From assembly GCF_018350175.1 (NCBI RefSeq), contig NC_058369.1, forward strand, positions 10,914,001-10,978,000: DNA of 64,000 nucleotides. Direction: 5' to 3'. The translations under genes and the position numbers were made by a program. Source of the DNA: Felis catus (taxonomy: Eukaryota). Below are positions 61,545 through 64,000 of this stretch, in pieces; position 1 is the stretch's first letter, and the number at the start of each line of letters is the position of its first letter. The notes beneath the pieces were generated by a model that was not told the DNA's origin, made no database searches, and was given only the letters and a program-made list of their open reading frames with translations.

Positions 61545-62901
61545 TTAGTGATGGTGGGAGAAATTGAAACCCTTGTGTACTGTTGGTGAAAATGTATATT
61601 GGTGAGGCCCCATGGAATGAAATATTGATTAAAAATAGAACTAACATATGATCCTGTAACTGCACTACTGGATATTCACCCAAAGAAAACATAAATATTA
61701 ATAGGAAAAGATATATGCACCCCTGTGTTTTTTTGCAGCATTATTTATAATAGCTGAGATATGCAAACAACCCCAGTGTCCATCAATAGATGAATGGATA
61801 AAGAGGATATGGTATATAGTATACAATGGAGTATTACTCATTTACAAAAAAAGATTGAGATCATGTCATTGTCACAGATGGACCTAGAAGATTTAAGGCT
61901 AATTGACATAAGCCAGTCAGAAAGACAAATACCACATGATCTCACTGATAAGTAGAATTTGAAAAACAAAACAAAACAGAAAAAAAAGAGACAAAAGAGA
62001 CAGACTCTTGAAATATAGAGAATAAATGATGGCTTCCTCAGAAGAGTTGTGCAGGGGGATGGGTGAGAAAGATAAAGGAGATTAAGGGGACACTTATCTT
62101 TTTTTTTAATGAAGTTGTAATAGTTTATTGCCGCTTTTGTCTCCCTTGCCTCAGGAGACACATCTAGAAAGAATTTGCTAAGGCTGATGTCAAAGGAGGT
62201 TACTCCCTGGGTTCTCCTCTGTGATTTTGATGGTTTCCTGTCTCGCTTATCGGTCTCTCATCAATTTTGAATTTACTTTTGCATGTGGTGTAAGAAAGTG
62301 GCCCAGTTTCATTCTTTAGCATGTTGCTGTCCAGTTTTCACAGCAACATTTGTTGAAGAGACTCTCTCATTCCCATTGCATTTTCTTTCCTGCTGTGTCA
62401 AAGACTGACCACAGGTTGTGGGTCTGTTTCTGGGTTTTCTATTCTGTCCCATTGTCTACGTGTCTGCTTTTGTGCCAGTACCATACTGTATTGATCACTA
62501 CAGCTTTATAATATAACTTGAAGTCTGTAATTTTGGTGCCTCTAGCTGTGCTTTTCTTTTTCAAGGTCACTTTGGCCATTCAGGGTCTTTTGTAGTTCAT
62601 CAACACAAGAAACAACAGGCATTGGTGAGGATGTGGGGAGAGGGGAACTCACTTGCACTGTTGGTGGGAATGCTAACTGTTGCAGTCACTGTGGAAAACA
62701 GTATGGAGAGCCCTCAAAAGAGTTATAAATAGAACTACCCTATGATCCAGCAATTACACTAGTAGGTATTTACTCAAAGAATATACAAAAATACTAACTC
62801 AAAGGGATACATGCGCCCCAGTGTTTTTAGCGGCATTAGCTACAATAGCCAAATTATGGAAGCAACGCAAGTGTCCATCAACTGATGAATGGATAAAGAA
62901 G

Positions 62902-62946
<45 letters not shown>

Positions 62947-63090
62947 GTAATATTACTCAGGCATAGAAAAGAATGAAATTTTTCCATTTGCAATGGCGTG
63001 GATGGAGCTAGAGAGGATGACACTAAGTGAAATAAGTCAGTCAGAGAAAGACAAATACCATATGATTTCACTCATATGTGGAATTTTTTT

Positions 63091-63123
<33 letters not shown>

Positions 63124-63700
63124 CATGAGAGGTGGAGAGGGGCAAGGAAACAGAGCGGATCTTAAGCAGGCTCCACACTCAGCACAGCACCCAATGCAGG
63201 CTCAATCCCACAACCCTGGGATCATGACCTAAGCCTATAACAAGAGTTGGAAGGTCAAATGACTGAGTCACCCAGGTGCCCCTCATATGTGGAATTTAAG
63301 GAACAAAACAACGAGCAAAGGAAGAGAGAGAGAGAAAAAGAGAGAGAGGGGCAAACCAAGAAACAGACTCTTAATAATAGAGTACAATCTGATGGTTACC
63401 AGAGGGGAGGTAGGGGGAGATAGGAGGTGGAGATTGAAGATTGCACTTGTTGGATGAGCATCTGGTATTTTATGGAAGTGTTGGATCACCAAATTGTACG
63501 CGTGGAACTAATATTACACTGTATGTTAATGAAAGGGAATTTAAATTAAAACTTTAAAAAGAAAGTACACTTATCCTAATGAGTACTAAGAAATGTATAG
63601 AATGGTTGAATCATTATATTGTACCACTGAAACTAATAAAACACTGTATGTTAATTACACTTTGGTTAAAAAATTTTTGAGGGAAAATAGATTTTTTAAA
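61545..63700 (+). mobile_element. L1 3' end containing a nested 5'-inverted L1 (~62100-63565) and a SINE (63087-63281)
   Basis: ACACTTATC duplication at ~62090 and ~63567; inversion point ~62600; SINE flanked by CTCATATGTGGAATTT. Confidence 0.85.
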
Positions 63701-64000
63701 AAGACAAAAATAGATTTTTTAAAAAGATTGTCCAGGTGGGACTAAGGTAACCATAACTGTCCTCCAAATGTTACAGAGGGAGACAAAAAGTTGGTGTCAC
63801 AGAGACTTTGAAAATGCTACCCTGCTGGCTCTGAAGGTGGAGGAAGAGGTGGCCAGCAACAGAGACTGCAATAGATTCTCCTCTGAGCCTCCAGAAGGAT
63901 CTCAACACTACAGACATCTTGCTCTTACCCCGATAAGACTCCCTCCAAGCCCTGACTGCAAAACTGTAAGAGTGTGTATGTATTTGTTTTAAGCAGCTAG

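Larger units (their letters stand above)
59916..64000 (+). repeat. Segmental duplication block A' (paralogue of 2040-4235) expanded by L1 insertions
   Basis: Collinear similarity on both sides of the L1 cluster at 61545-63700. Confidence 0.9.

Overview
Mammalian genomic DNA, almost certainly from a felid, judging by the many young CpG-rich Can-SINEs of the feline SINEC_Fc type and the carnivore L1 3' ends. The window is part of a class II olfactory receptor cluster of the OR7A-like subfamily. It has one intact receptor (7951-8883, -), three full-length disrupted copies (24212-25156 +, 37292-38244 +, 47192-48122 -) and one 3'-only fragment (59675-59915 -). Comparing paralogues reveals five copies of a promoter plus non-coding first-exon module (homeodomain TAATGAG, O/E-like sites, TATA in some copies, splice donor). 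From these the gene structures, the duplications and several deletions can be reconstructed. The window also contains a degraded mosaic class I endogenous retrovirus (49117-54118 -) with two different env remnants and a G-to-A hypermutation-like pattern, an NDUFC1 processed pseudogene inside an L1, a solo LTR, and many SINE, L1, MLT and MER repeats and microsatellites. All alignments were done by eye; repeat subfamily names and orthology are tentative. No prokaryotic-type systems (CRISPR etc.) are present.
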